Assembly: GCA_963816145.1 (NCBI GenBank)
Contig: CAWFJP010000015.1
Coordinates: forward strand, 64,001 to 128,000
DNA from: an uncultured delta proteobacterium
GTDB taxonomy: Bacteria; Desulfobacterota; Binatia; UBA9968
Direction: 5' to 3'
Length of the DNA: 64,000 nucleotides
Shown here: one piece after another, positions 39,514-48,625 of the stretch
Numbering within the stretch: the first letter of the stretch is position 1
Layout: each line of letters starts with the position of its first letter
Notes under the pieces: generated by a model
Told to the model about the DNA's origin: nothing
The model's input: only the letters and a program-made list of their open reading frames with translations
Databases searched by the model: none
Made by a program: the position numbers and the translations under genes

Positions 39514-39882
39514 ATGGTGATTCGCTACGCATCTGCGGTTATTACCCTTGCGGGATTACTCGCACTCGCCTCCGGCCTAACTTTCTGGTTCGGCGCTGCC
39601 CCAGGCCTAGTGTCGATGCATATGCTGCTGGGTTTCCTAACCGTGGCGGGATTGTGGACAATCGGCATCGCACAAGCTCGTTCGACCGGTGGGAGTTCGA
39701 TCTTGGCGGCCCTCGCAGTTATCGTCGGTGCGCTGACGATCTACATAGGCATGAATCAAGCCGCCATGTTTCCCGGAGCGCATCATTGGCTCGTCCAAAT
39801 CAGCCACTTAATTCTGGGTATCCTATGTATTGGCTTGGGCCATATGGCTGCCGCGCGTCAGCGCCGTGCGGCCGCGCGCTGA
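39514..39882 (+). CDS. Hypothetical 4-TM membrane protein with intramembrane His residues
   Basis: Four hydrophobic helices; HMLLG and HLILG motifs. Confidence 0.65.
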   Translation: MVIRYASAVITLAGLLALASGLTFWFGAAPGLVSMHMLLGFLTVAGLWTIGIAQARSTGGSSILAALAVIVGALTIYIGMNQAAMFPGAHHWLVQISHLILGILCIGLGHMAAARQRRAAAR

Positions 39883-39935
39883 CGCCAACCATCCCGCTCA
39901 CAGCTTCAATTGTTGGAATCGAATTCGCTGAATTT

Positions 39936-40607
39936 CTAAACCGGCCAGCTTTCCAATCGATAAGCCTGCTCCCAAAACAAATACTCGTAGCGGCTGCTGA
40001 GCATAAACAACTCCGCCATGCGCTTTTTCTCGGCGCTACCCGCCGTTGCGCCAAGGCGATCCATGAGCCGGATCTGCTCGCGCACCGGCTGCCAAAACGC
40101 CTCTGAAGCGTAGGTCTCGATCCACTCGCGATAGATCTTCGGTTTGACCGGCCGGCGTCTATATAGGCGCTTGCCGGTCGCGCCATAGATCCAGTAACAG
40201 GGCAACACCGCGGCGACTAGCTCGCCCAGGGTTCCGCCGCGCGCCACCGACTGTAAATGATCGATATAAGCCTGGGTGCGCGGCCCCTTGGGCACCGCGT
40301 CGAGTTGCTTGCGCGACAGCCCCAAGCTCTTGCCGAAGCTCGCGTGGAAGCTCCGCTCAACTTCCACCGCACCCAAAGCGTGCCGGCAAAATAGCTCCAA
40401 AATCTCCAGATTTGGCGACTTGGCGCCGCCCAGGCAGAGCACCTGGGCGAAGTCGAGAAGATACACATAGTCTTGCAAGATGAAATAGGTAAACCGATTC
40501 ATCGGCAGACTGCCGTCCTGCAATTCTTTCAAAAACGGATGACCGTCGATCGCCCGCCAGATCCGCTCGCTGCGCTGCCGCAGCTGACTGCTAAAGTTTT
40601 TTGTCAT
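39936..40607 (-). CDS. tenA: Thiaminase II
   Basis: HPFL, FILQDYVYL, PCYWIY catalytic Cys, YREWIETY, YEYLFWEQAY. Confidence 0.9.
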   Translation of the reverse strand: MTKNFSSQLRQRSERIWRAIDGHPFLKELQDGSLPMNRFTYFILQDYVYLLDFAQVLCLGGAKSPNLEILELFCRHALGAVEVERSFHASFGKSLGLSRKQLDAVPKGPRTQAYIDHLQSVARGGTLGELVAAVLPCYWIYGATGKRLYRRRPVKPKIYREWIETYASEAFWQPVREQIRLMDRLGATAGSAEKKRMAELFMLSSRYEYLFWEQAYRLESWPV

Positions 40608-40734
40608 GCGCCAGGATTAGCGAAAAATCCTTGGGAAGAAAAGCTGATGCAACCACGAAACGCACGAAAAACAACGAAAGGCTAAAATCTCTATTTCGAA
40701 TGCTTGGGGTTTTTTATGGTTTAAGATTTCCGGA

Positions 40735-41766
40735 CTATTTCAATCCGTAACTCGCTGCTATTTTGTCGATAAAACCACTCTCATCGAGCTTGCGAATCAA
40801 GCGGCCGTCGATCAGCTCCTCGACCTTCACGCTGGCGATCTTCGGATTGAGCGTGGCGAGCAGCCGGCGAATGTTGTGCATGCCGTCCACCATCGGTATC
40901 GGCCGGCGCTCGACACCGGTCAAATAATCTTGATAGCCTTCCTCCGCCACCGCCGGGTCGTTGATCTGAAAGCGCCGCATCATGATTTTGATCACCACCG
41001 CTTTGTTCGCCGGCGCCATGCTATAGGCCAGACTATCGACCAGCGTCATAAGCAATTTCTCGGCGATATCCGCGCGCTTTTGCAGGAACTCCGGCGACAC
41101 CACTATCGCTTGACTGAGCAAGGGAATTTTCGCCGGCTGCAACTCGGCGACAATGGCGAAACCTTTACTGCGCAGTCGGCGCACCAACGCGCCGTCGAGC
41201 ACCGCCGCGTCTACCCTGCCGACCTCTAGAGCCTGGCCGACCAAGACTGAGTCGCCGATCGGTAGTAAATTGATGTTGTCACGCTTGTAATCTAAACCGA
41301 CATGTTCCAAAGCCAAGATCGTATTGATCCAGGTAGTCCCGCCGGGGTTTTGAATACCGAAGCGTTTACCGCGCAACTCTTCGGCGCGTTTGAGACTCGG
41401 ATGAGCGACCAGCGTATGCGTCAAAGTATTGGAGATCGACGAGAGAATTTTCAAATAAGAACCCTGGCCCGCCGCGCCCAAGACAGAGGTGCCGCCAGTG
41501 TAACCGACATCCATCTCGCCAGAGACCAAAGTCGCCACCAACGTCGCCGCGGCGCGCACCAATACGATCTTGGGATCCAGGCCGTACTTGGAGAATATAC
41601 CCTGCTCTTGGGCGAGATAGAGCGGCGTGGTACGCGGGCTGACGGCGGCATAACCGATGGTGAGCTTGGTTTGCGCCGATGCACGGTCAAAATGGATGAG
41701 GGCCGAGACGACAACTGCGCTCAATGAAACGACCAGTCTGAATTGATGCATGACATCCCTCCGCAA
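40735..41766 (-). CDS. ABC substrate-binding protein, TauA/SsuA/NMT1 family
   Basis: Signal peptide, LAQEQGIFSKYGLD, LRGKRFG, C-terminal IRKLDESGFID. Confidence 0.88.
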   Translation of the reverse strand: MRRDVMHQFRLVVSLSAVVVSALIHFDRASAQTKLTIGYAAVSPRTTPLYLAQEQGIFSKYGLDPKIVLVRAAATLVATLVSGEMDVGYTGGTSVLGAAGQGSYLKILSSISNTLTHTLVAHPSLKRAEELRGKRFGIQNPGGTTWINTILALEHVGLDYKRDNINLLPIGDSVLVGQALEVGRVDAAVLDGALVRRLRSKGFAIVAELQPAKIPLLSQAIVVSPEFLQKRADIAEKLLMTLVDSLAYSMAPANKAVVIKIMMRRFQINDPAVAEEGYQDYLTGVERRPIPMVDGMHNIRRLLATLNPKIASVKVEELIDGRLIRKLDESGFIDKIAASYGLK

Positions 41767-41813
41767 AGCACGAACGACTATAAACCCGCAACAGTCCTTA
41801 ATGGACTTGCCTA

Positions 41814-41898
41814 CCCCTTTAGAAAAGGGGGATCGTGGGGGATTTATTCTCAGCCTTCGCCTGAAATCCCTCCTAACCTCCCTTTTTCAAAGGGAGGG
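41814..41898. repeat. REP-like doublet
   Basis: CCCCTTT-AGA-AAAGGGG and CTCCCTTT-TTC-AAAGGGAG in inverted arrangement linked by GGGATTT/AAATCCC. Confidence 0.65.
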
Positions 41899-41964
41899 AT
41901 CGGACCGGTAGTTCTACCAACCGTTCAGCATAGCCTTCAACGGTTGATCTATTTTGCCGCGCGC

Positions 41965-42807
41965 CTACTTATTCTCCGCCGGACGCTTCACCGGCTCCAG
42001 ACCGGGCCGGTATTTCTTCTCGTCGAGGAATTCGCGCATGCCCCGTTCGCGGGTGCGTTCCGGATCGGCGGCGCGCAGGGCCATGCTTTTGGCGCCGAGA
42101 TATTCGTACGCTTGGTCCATATCCATTCCGCGCACGGCGCGAATCGCATGCTTGGTATAAGCCAGAACCATCGGGCTCTTGGCCATCAATTCGCGGGCGA
42201 TCGTGATAGTCTCCTCGCGCAGCTTGTCGGCCGGCACCGCCATGGTGGCGATACCCATCTCAGCCGCCTTGCGGCCGTCGATGGTGCGGCCGGTCATGGC
42301 GTAGAACATGGCATTGCGGAATCCGACCAGCTCACCGAAAACTTTGCTGACATTACCGCCGGGAATGATGCCCCAATTGACTTCGGACAAACCGAAGGTG
42401 GCATTGTCCGCCGCGACGACAATGTCGCACGCCGCCAGCGAGACAAACGCACCACCGTAACAGTAGCCGTTGACCATGGCGATGGTCGGTTTGCGCGACC
42501 AGGTCAGCAACTCAGTCGCCCAACGCCGATGCGCCGTCGCCGCGCGAAAGCGCGCCACCGGATCTTTATCGGTCTCGCGGAAGTACTGCTTCAAGTCCAT
42601 CCCAGCGCTCCAGCTGTTCCCTGCGCCCGTAAGCACGATGACTTTAGTGTCTTCGTCGGTTTCCAGTCCGTAAAGGATCTCTTCCATCTCGACATGGAGC
42701 GTCGGGCTCATGGCATTACGCTTCTCCGGCCGATTGAAAGTGATCCAGGTAATTCCTTCGTCGTCGGTCTCGACAAGCACGCACGAGTATTCTTTTTTCT
42801 TAGCCAT
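41965..42807 (-). CDS. p-hydroxycinnamoyl/feruloyl-CoA hydratase-lyase (crotonase family)
   Basis: NRPEKRNAMSPTL, SAGMDLKQYFRE, KPTIAMVNG, GLSEVNWGIIPGG, FLDEKKYRPGL C-terminus typical of HCHL. Confidence 0.85.
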   Translation of the reverse strand: MAKKKEYSCVLVETDDEGITWITFNRPEKRNAMSPTLHVEMEEILYGLETDEDTKVIVLTGAGNSWSAGMDLKQYFRETDKDPVARFRAATAHRRWATELLTWSRKPTIAMVNGYCYGGAFVSLAACDIVVAADNATFGLSEVNWGIIPGGNVSKVFGELVGFRNAMFYAMTGRTIDGRKAAEMGIATMAVPADKLREETITIARELMAKSPMVLAYTKHAIRAVRGMDMDQAYEYLGAKSMALRAADPERTRERGMREFLDEKKYRPGLEPVKRPAENK

Positions 42808-42865
42808 TGGAGTTCTCCTTTTTTTGAATCGTCGGAATGAATCGCTAGCGCGGATGGTCAAACTG

Positions 42866-43747
42866 TTAGCTCACATCAGACCACGGATCGGCCATCAAGC
42901 TCTCAGGACGTATTCCACTGGCGCGTGAATCTTGCAAAGCAACTTCCGCAAGCACAGAGGCAAGCGAGCCCGGGGCGGGAATCAGACTCGGCTCAAACAA
43001 GTTTGCGAATACGTGGTAACATTTGTCGAGCACTTCCGGGTTGCTGCGCAATACCGGCAGTTGGCGCCCAATCGCATCGAGCGCTAATGGCGCAGCGCTC
43101 TTGAACAACTGAATACTGTCACGATAAATCGTTGCGACTTTCCCGACCAGCTCGCGATTGGCGTCGAAATAACGCCGCGTGGTCGCCAGCGGCACCCAAT
43201 GGCATTCGAGATCGAGAGTGTCGGCGATGATCCGCAGCCCCGCCGACTCGGCCAAAAAGGCTTTCTCCGGCGGCAACAGCGCAGCACCGAGACCGCCGGT
43301 GCAAAGCGCTTCGTAACTGCGATCGTTAAGACCGAGATCGACGAGTTCAAGATCTTTCTCCCGGTCGAATTTCCAACGGCGCAAAAGCGCCAGCATCATC
43401 ATGCCTGCCATCCGGCGCGGCTGGTTGATGCCGACCCGTTTCCCTTTCAGGCTTCCGATTGATTCGATCGCAGGATTCGCTATCAAGTAAAACGCTGGCC
43501 GGTTCAAGACGCCGCCGATGATGACTAGGTCGTTGCCGGTGAGCTGGGAGAAGATCAGCGACGGCGCGTTGGGCGTGCCGATCGGCGTTACTTGATTGAC
43601 GATGTCGTCAACGACTTTTTCTTCATCCAATTGATTGACGATGTCGACGGCAAGATTTTCCTTTGTGAACAAACCCGCCGCCTCGGCCACATAAGGCAAA
43701 AACCGTCCGATGCTCGAAGTGCCGATGCCGATTTTGATGTGATCCAT
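42866..43747 (-). CDS. TauA/NMT1-like binding protein lacking an obvious signal peptide
   Basis: YVAEAAGLFTKENL, LKGKRVG. Confidence 0.75.
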   Translation of the reverse strand: MDHIKIGIGTSSIGRFLPYVAEAAGLFTKENLAVDIVNQLDEEKVVDDIVNQVTPIGTPNAPSLIFSQLTGNDLVIIGGVLNRPAFYLIANPAIESIGSLKGKRVGINQPRRMAGMMMLALLRRWKFDREKDLELVDLGLNDRSYEALCTGGLGAALLPPEKAFLAESAGLRIIADTLDLECHWVPLATTRRYFDANRELVGKVATIYRDSIQLFKSAAPLALDAIGRQLPVLRSNPEVLDKCYHVFANLFEPSLIPAPGSLASVLAEVALQDSRASGIRPESLMADPWSDVS

Positions 43748-43755
43748 TTAGAGCC

Positions 43756-44286
43756 TCAATCCAACTGCAAAGTCGCCGGCTCGTTGGCCAGGCGCTCACC
43801 CATACCGACATGGCGCAACCGCACCCATAATGCGTCGACCTCCGCCATCACCGCCTCATCGGGCCGATGGATATCGATCACATGTGCGACCGGCACCCAG
43901 CAAGCCCGCCCGGTTACCCAGAACACTTCCGAACGGTTGTCTTCCGGATCGAAGTAGTAACAGCCGAGAGCGCTGACATGGTTGACCACGGCATCGATGC
44001 GCAATCCGGCGGCCTGCAGTTTCTTGTGCATAGCGCGCAAATCTTCCAGGGTCGCAAGCCGCAGGGATATCTGATTGATCAAGCGCGAGTCGGCATCCTC
44101 CGGCCGGCCGCGGAACAGCGCGATCTCGTGATCCGCCTTCTCCGGATCCGCGCTAAAGAAGACGATGCCGGCGCGCCAGTTCTGCTTGGTGATGCGCATG
44201 CCGAGGGTGTCCCGGTAAAATGCCGCCATTTTTTCCAGATCCTTAACGTAGATACCGACATGTCCCAAACCCATCACGGCTGCCAT
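43756..44286 (-). CDS. VOC family protein
   Basis: LGHVGIYVKDL, FYRDTLG, HEIAL, YYFDPEDNRSE. Confidence 0.85.
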   Translation of the reverse strand: MAAVMGLGHVGIYVKDLEKMAAFYRDTLGMRITKQNWRAGIVFFSADPEKADHEIALFRGRPEDADSRLINQISLRLATLEDLRAMHKKLQAAGLRIDAVVNHVSALGCYYFDPEDNRSEVFWVTGRACWVPVAHVIDIHRPDEAVMAEVDALWVRLRHVGMGERLANEPATLQLD

Positions 44287-44437
44287 CGGTGCCTCCAAGC
44301 GCCCAAGCGACGATCAAGTTATTGCCGTTATCTAGCGCCGAAGCGTGAGCGCAATCAAGCCTTGTCGCCGGCATCGCGCAAATTTTGCCCGCGTGCCGGG
44401 CTAGACAACAGCGGATACTTGCGCTACTGGGTTGGCC

Positions 44438-45190
44438 ATGAAACCGGATCAATTTATCGAAGAGCTCTGGAGTTACGCCGCCGAAGTGCCGATGGAGCGG
44501 CATCCTTGGTTCGACGGCATCATCAAGCATCGTTGGACCAAGGAGCAAATCGTTCTTGGCGAGGTGCAGCATTACCTCCGGGTCAGGACCAATCCGATCT
44601 TCTTCGGCCATATGGCGATCAACGCGGTGTCGGCCAAGGAATACACGGTGATGGAGACGGTGCTGGAAAATTTCATGGAGGAGTTGGGCGGTAAGCGCAC
44701 CCACGTCGACATTATGCTGCAATTTCTCGAGGAAGGCGGCATCTCGCGCGAACAGGCCGACAATGCCGAGCCCGCCCCAGGCACACTGGCGGCCATCGAA
44801 ATGATCATCGGCTGTTGCCAGCGCCGTTCAGCCCTCGAAGGCGTCGCCATGCTCGCCTTTGTCGAAAGCCAACTCGGCGGCGCCGGCAAGATTTCCGAGA
44901 AAGTTTATCGCGAACTCACCGGCCATTATGGCTTCTCACCGCGCGCTGCGGCCACCTACCAACTCCACGCCGCCCAGGACGAGGGCCATGGCAGCCGCCA
45001 GATCGAAGCCATCCGCTTGCTCGCCAGCGATGAGGCAACTCAGAACAAAATACGCGCTGCAGTGAAACTTGGCTTGACCGCATTCACGCTCGAGTGGGAC
45101 GGCCATGTTCAGGCCATGACGGGTAAGCGAGAGTTCTGGGGCGGCGTTAAAGATTTACAATTACGCCAACCGAAGGTGAAGCTCTCGTAA
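44438..45190 (+). CDS. Heme-oxygenase-like (PqqC/CADD) iron-containing redox enzyme
   Basis: HPWF, ENFMEE...TH, VESQ, LHAAQDEGH diiron-type ligand pattern. Confidence 0.8.
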   Translation: MKPDQFIEELWSYAAEVPMERHPWFDGIIKHRWTKEQIVLGEVQHYLRVRTNPIFFGHMAINAVSAKEYTVMETVLENFMEELGGKRTHVDIMLQFLEEGGISREQADNAEPAPGTLAAIEMIIGCCQRRSALEGVAMLAFVESQLGGAGKISEKVYRELTGHYGFSPRAAATYQLHAAQDEGHGSRQIEAIRLLASDEATQNKIRAAVKLGLTAFTLEWDGHVQAMTGKREFWGGVKDLQLRQPKVKLS

Positions 45191-45194
45191 CCGC

Positions 45195-45260
45195 AGTTTC
45201 GCGTCTCGGGTTACGAGTTTCGGGTTAGCGAACTCAAAACCCGATACTACAAACTCGAAA
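45195..45260. repeat. Palindromic 7-bp-period intergenic repeat
   Basis: GTTTCGC GTCTCGG GTTACGA GTTTCGG ... AACTCAA AACCCGA TACTACA AACTCGA. Confidence 0.65.
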
Positions 45261-45265
45261 TAGAT

Positions 45266-45397
45266 TCAGATCGGCCACTCCTTCGGGAGATCCTTCCTAA
45301 GCTTTTTGTATTCCGCATCATCGCCGTGCTGGGCGCGCAATCGCTTTAGCGCTGCGACGACTTCCTTCTGATCCTGCTTCACCGTGTTTGAGACCAT
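45266..45397 (-). CDS. Small unannotated protein (43 aa)
   Basis: MVSNTVKQDQKEVVAALKRLRAQHGDDAEYKKLRKDLPKEWPI*; host-like codons, weak RBS. Confidence 0.5.
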   Translation of the reverse strand: MVSNTVKQDQKEVVAALKRLRAQHGDDAEYKKLRKDLPKEWPI

Positions 45398-45498
45398 ACC
45401 CGTGGTCTCTTCGAAGCCGAGGCCTCAATTGCTGTGTCAACCACGCATCCGTTTGAGGATGTAAAGATCGTCATCTTTGCTTGCCATGTCGCTCCACC

Positions 45499-45912
45499 TC
45501 AATTCGAAATTCCGGAAAAACCCACTTTCTGTGCCGTGATCCGCTCGGTCGCTGTATGCGGTTCGCCAGCCGCATCAACTTCAACCCGTATGCGCACGAA
45601 GATCCGCCACGCTTCGCCGCGCCATTGACAGTGAAAAATCACAAAGGCGTTTTCAGTAACCAGCCCGGCCTGCTCATAACACTGGACAAGACTTTGGAAC
45701 TGTTCGCTTGCGCCCGCTGCCACCTCGAGCGCCGGCGTGAAATCCCGCACTGCCGATTTGAATTGACCATGGGGCAAGTGCACCGCAGTGATTGTTAACG
45801 CATCGCTATCAGGATTGTCTACTTGCCAGCGAATGTTCCAACATCCCACCGTCACATCCCGGGCGAGCGCAATCTGTTGCAATGCAATCCTCGGCTTAGA
45901 AGTCGATTCCAC
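45499..45912 (-). CDS. Hypothetical protein (beta-rich)
   Basis: 137-aa ORF, GTG start. Confidence 0.65.
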   Translation of the reverse strand: MESTSKPRIALQQIALARDVTVGCWNIRWQVDNPDSDALTITAVHLPHGQFKSAVRDFTPALEVAAGASEQFQSLVQCYEQAGLVTENAFVIFHCQWRGEAWRIFVRIRVEVDAAGEPHTATERITAQKVGFSGISN

Positions 45913-46305
45913 CGGGGCAGTTTATGCGAACCTACCTCCCTTGTGCAATTCATTCCCGGGAAGCTCGATAATCCTATCGTCGATGACAACGATTCACGCT
46001 AAACTTGCCGTCGATCACAGTGAGGCCGAGCCTGCGGGTCAGAAAGAGTTAGCATCTCGGCCCGGAAACCCGCACTACAAAATGGAGATTTTCTCATCGT
46101 CATGCCGACGCGGGCCGGCACCTCGCCTTTGTCTGACGGAGCTTCCGTCTACCATCCAACTGGATACCGATTTTCAACGCTATTACGGACACTGTCCGTC
46201 ACCTGGAGTACGGTTTCCGCCGGAGTGACGGAAGATCTTCGACGTTGAGCCGACAGATTCCGACCGCCTCGGCTTAGAGCTGGGGGTTGTTCGGTACGTT
46301 CCGTT

Positions 46306-46767
46306 TCAACCGCGCGGTCCGACCCGCAGCGGACGGACTCGCGTTCGGGATAGACGGGAACTCCCCTTCCATTCCCGACCGCTTTTTAGTTTGCGCTTGA
46401 TATTGCGCCGCTGGTTCGGCTGCGCGCCTCCAGGATCGACACTTCCGATTGCCGGCGCCGTCCGGCCTACCGCCAAGATACCGCGGCGAATATAGCCCGG
46501 ATCCAGCTCCAATGTTTCGCAAACGTCTTTAAATGAAAATGGCAGCGAATCGTTTTCAGAAAAAATCCAGTTCTTGGCATCGTGGTAAAGGCGAATTGCC
46601 GCACGCTTCGCCGAGTTCTGGTACTTCCAATAACATTCGATGGCGTCGCTCAATACTGCGAGCATAAGCTCGCGCTCCGCCCCCGCCGGACCGTTTCTAG
46701 CACTCGAACCAAACAAAGAATCCGCAATGATCGGATCGACGCTCACTACCTTGGCAAACTCGCTCAT
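46306..46767 (-). CDS. Hypothetical helical protein
   Basis: ERELMLAVLSDAIEC...AKNWI...FSFKDVCETLELDPGYIRRG; basic tail; GAGG RBS. Confidence 0.75.
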   Translation of the reverse strand: MSEFAKVVSVDPIIADSLFGSSARNGPAGAERELMLAVLSDAIECYWKYQNSAKRAAIRLYHDAKNWIFSENDSLPFSFKDVCETLELDPGYIRRGILAVGRTAPAIGSVDPGGAQPNQRRNIKRKLKSGREWKGSSRLSRTRVRPLRVGPRG

Positions 46768-46862
46768 AAGAATTCCTCTCGCTATGGAGCACTAAACCAC
46801 GGGCGCGGGTAAGCTCCCGCCCGGTCAACTTGACAAGTCGAGATTATATTTCCGAAATGAAC

Positions 46863-47219
46863 TCAGGCAGCGGCAGTGCGAGGCGGCGAGCGACTGGAGC
46901 GAAGCGATATCAACGGCGTGCGAACAAAATCCTGCTGACGTGCGACACGGACGAAGGTAAAATAAAATCCCGGCGTAAACAGCCGGCTACCGACCGCCAA
47001 GGAGAGGTGCAGGTTATGGGTCAAACCGCTCTTGGAGGCAGGTTCTAGCTTGAAAACCTTTGTGCTAAGAGATCGCGCTCCGACGAGCGGATTACGGTCA
47101 TCGAGTTCAGGTTGGCCGATGAGCTGCAGTAAAAAGAAGAACGGCAAGGAGTATAAAAAAATCCGCGCCGCCACGCGGCGCGCGCTCCCCACCCGCTCAA
47201 TTGCAACACGAACCTTCAT
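46863..47219 (-). CDS. Hypothetical signal/TM-bearing protein ending in RSPP (candidate arrest peptide)
   Basis: MKVRVA..RIFLYSLPFFFLLQLIG..SLRSSRSPPRTAAA*; start uncertain (47219 or 47276). Confidence 0.5.
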   Translation of the reverse strand: MKVRVAIERVGSARRVAARIFLYSLPFFFLLQLIGQPELDDRNPLVGARSLSTKVFKLEPASKSGLTHNLHLSLAVGSRLFTPGFYFTFVRVARQQDFVRTPLISLRSSRSPPRTAAA

Positions 47220-47421
47220 GCGCGACGGAACATATACGACATGGGTCAGGGCGTCAAGAACCGTCGAGAGCGCCACTTATAAAGACGAAATATCCCCGGC
47301 AAAGTACGTCCGAAGCGAGGTCGAAGGCACAACGCAAGGGGAAATGTTCTTCCGACTGAAAGCAGCTAACTATGCCTGCAGCGGGTTGTCACTGCCTGAG
47401 ACGTGCCCTAAGAGACGCGGC

Positions 47422-47522
47422 AAAAAAGGGCCAGCCTCCCTCTAATCGGAGAGGCTAGCCCATGGCGAGTCGCCTTACAATCGAGATTTACAACGGCCTC
47501 CCGTCTAACCGGTATTTGCACG
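47422..47522 (-). promoter_or_regulatory. Attenuator-like element C (motif + intrinsic terminator)
   Basis: ACCGG-N9-AGGCCG at 47513-47494; terminator GGGCTAGCCTCTC-loop-GGGAGGCTGGCCC-TTTTTT at 47461-47422. Confidence 0.65.
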
Positions 47523-47547
47523 ACAACTCAGCCAAACCAACTCATCG

Positions 47548-48396
47548 CTACGCGTCCGACCCCACCTTGGGGCGCCATTTATCGAACTTGCCTTCTGCCC
47601 GGTCGAGGATTTCGGTACAAATCATGCCGGTGATAGCAAAGATCAAGACGCCGACAAAAACCTTATCGGTCTGAAAAGTCGCCCCCGCTACTGTGATCAT
47701 AAAACCGATCCCCGCCGTGGCGGCATAGAGCTCGCCCACCATGACACCGATCAAGGCCCGGCCGACCGCCAGTCTCAAGCCCGTAAGGATAAAAGGCACA
47801 GTCGAAGGAAGGACAACGCTTTTGAAAATTTGCCATTCCGAGGCGCCAAAGCTTCGGGCAGCGGTAAGAAGATTGTGCGGCGTGGTCTTCACGCCATCGC
47901 GGGTATTGATCAGCAGCGGAAAGACTGCCCCAAGAAAAATAATTCCGACTTTTGAGAGGATGCCGATACCCAGCCAGATGATAACCAATGGCAAAAGGGC
48001 GACGCGCGGGGTCGCGTTCATGGCGTTGACAAACGGATCACAAACGTAGGCGAACTTTCTATACCAACCGATCGCGATCCCGAACGGGACGCCAACGAGC
48101 ACCGACAAAAAATAGCCCCAAGCAAATTCGATCCCGCTAACCCTAAGATCATTCCAGATCTCTCCCGAACTGAATAGCTGCACGGCAGCTTTCCAGATCA
48201 AGGACGGCGCGCTCATGAACATAGGGTTGATGAGCTGAAAAGTCGAACCGACCAGTTCCCATATCGTGAGAAAAACCACGACCGATGCTGTGCCTAGGAT
48301 TTTTTTCTCCTGGTTAAGATAGAATTTATAGAGCTTAGATGCCTCCGCTACTCTAACGTCTAATAAGACTTCTTCTTGTGCCGTTTGGTCAGCCAT
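47548..48396 (-). CDS. ABC transporter permease, SsuC/TauC/NrtB family (stand-alone)
   Basis: PS.IW, PRVALLPLVIIWLGIG, FPLLINT, AARSFGASEWQIFKSVVLP EAA loop; AGGAGG RBS. Confidence 0.92.
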   Translation of the reverse strand: MADQTAQEEVLLDVRVAEASKLYKFYLNQEKKILGTASVVVFLTIWELVGSTFQLINPMFMSAPSLIWKAAVQLFSSGEIWNDLRVSGIEFAWGYFLSVLVGVPFGIAIGWYRKFAYVCDPFVNAMNATPRVALLPLVIIWLGIGILSKVGIIFLGAVFPLLINTRDGVKTTPHNLLTAARSFGASEWQIFKSVVLPSTVPFILTGLRLAVGRALIGVMVGELYAATAGIGFMITVAGATFQTDKVFVGVLIFAITGMICTEILDRAEGKFDKWRPKVGSDA

Positions 48397-48523
48397 GGTT
48401 ACCCTCCTTTTTGGGTTAACACTCTTTGCGGTTCACAACTCCTTTTCCACGCCCACGAATCGCCTGAACTGAACAGCAATCACGCTCACTTTGCCCGTAC
48501 GTTCAACCGAACCGATCGCCAAT

Positions 48524-48620
48524 AAAAAAAGCCAGCCTCTCCCTTGCGGGATAAGCTGGCCTGCCTATAAGCTGGTCGCCGCATGAAGCAACCGTCGAAC
48601 TGGCTTACCGCTTATTGCAC
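48524..48620 (-). promoter_or_regulatory. Attenuator-like element B (motif + intrinsic terminator) in permease leader
   Basis: GGTTGC..GGCGACCAG-N9-AGGCCAGC running into stem GCCAGCTT.TCCC-GCAA-GGGA.AGGCTGGC-T7. Confidence 0.75.
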
Positions 48621-48625
48621 CTAAC

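Noticed and set aside
40608-40734. TPP riboswitch upstream of tenA
   Set aside because: No CTGAGA core; the gap is mostly a degenerate short repeat.
41743-42840. Long antisense ORFs (also 2888..3757, 5868..6851, 14559..15401, 58166..59104)
   Set aside because: Shadow frames of well-supported genes in GC-rich DNA; no motifs.
46024-46074. HDV-like ribozyme
   Set aside because: P1/P2-like crossing stems exist, but there is no P3/L3 (UCC-type loop) or P1.1 and P4.
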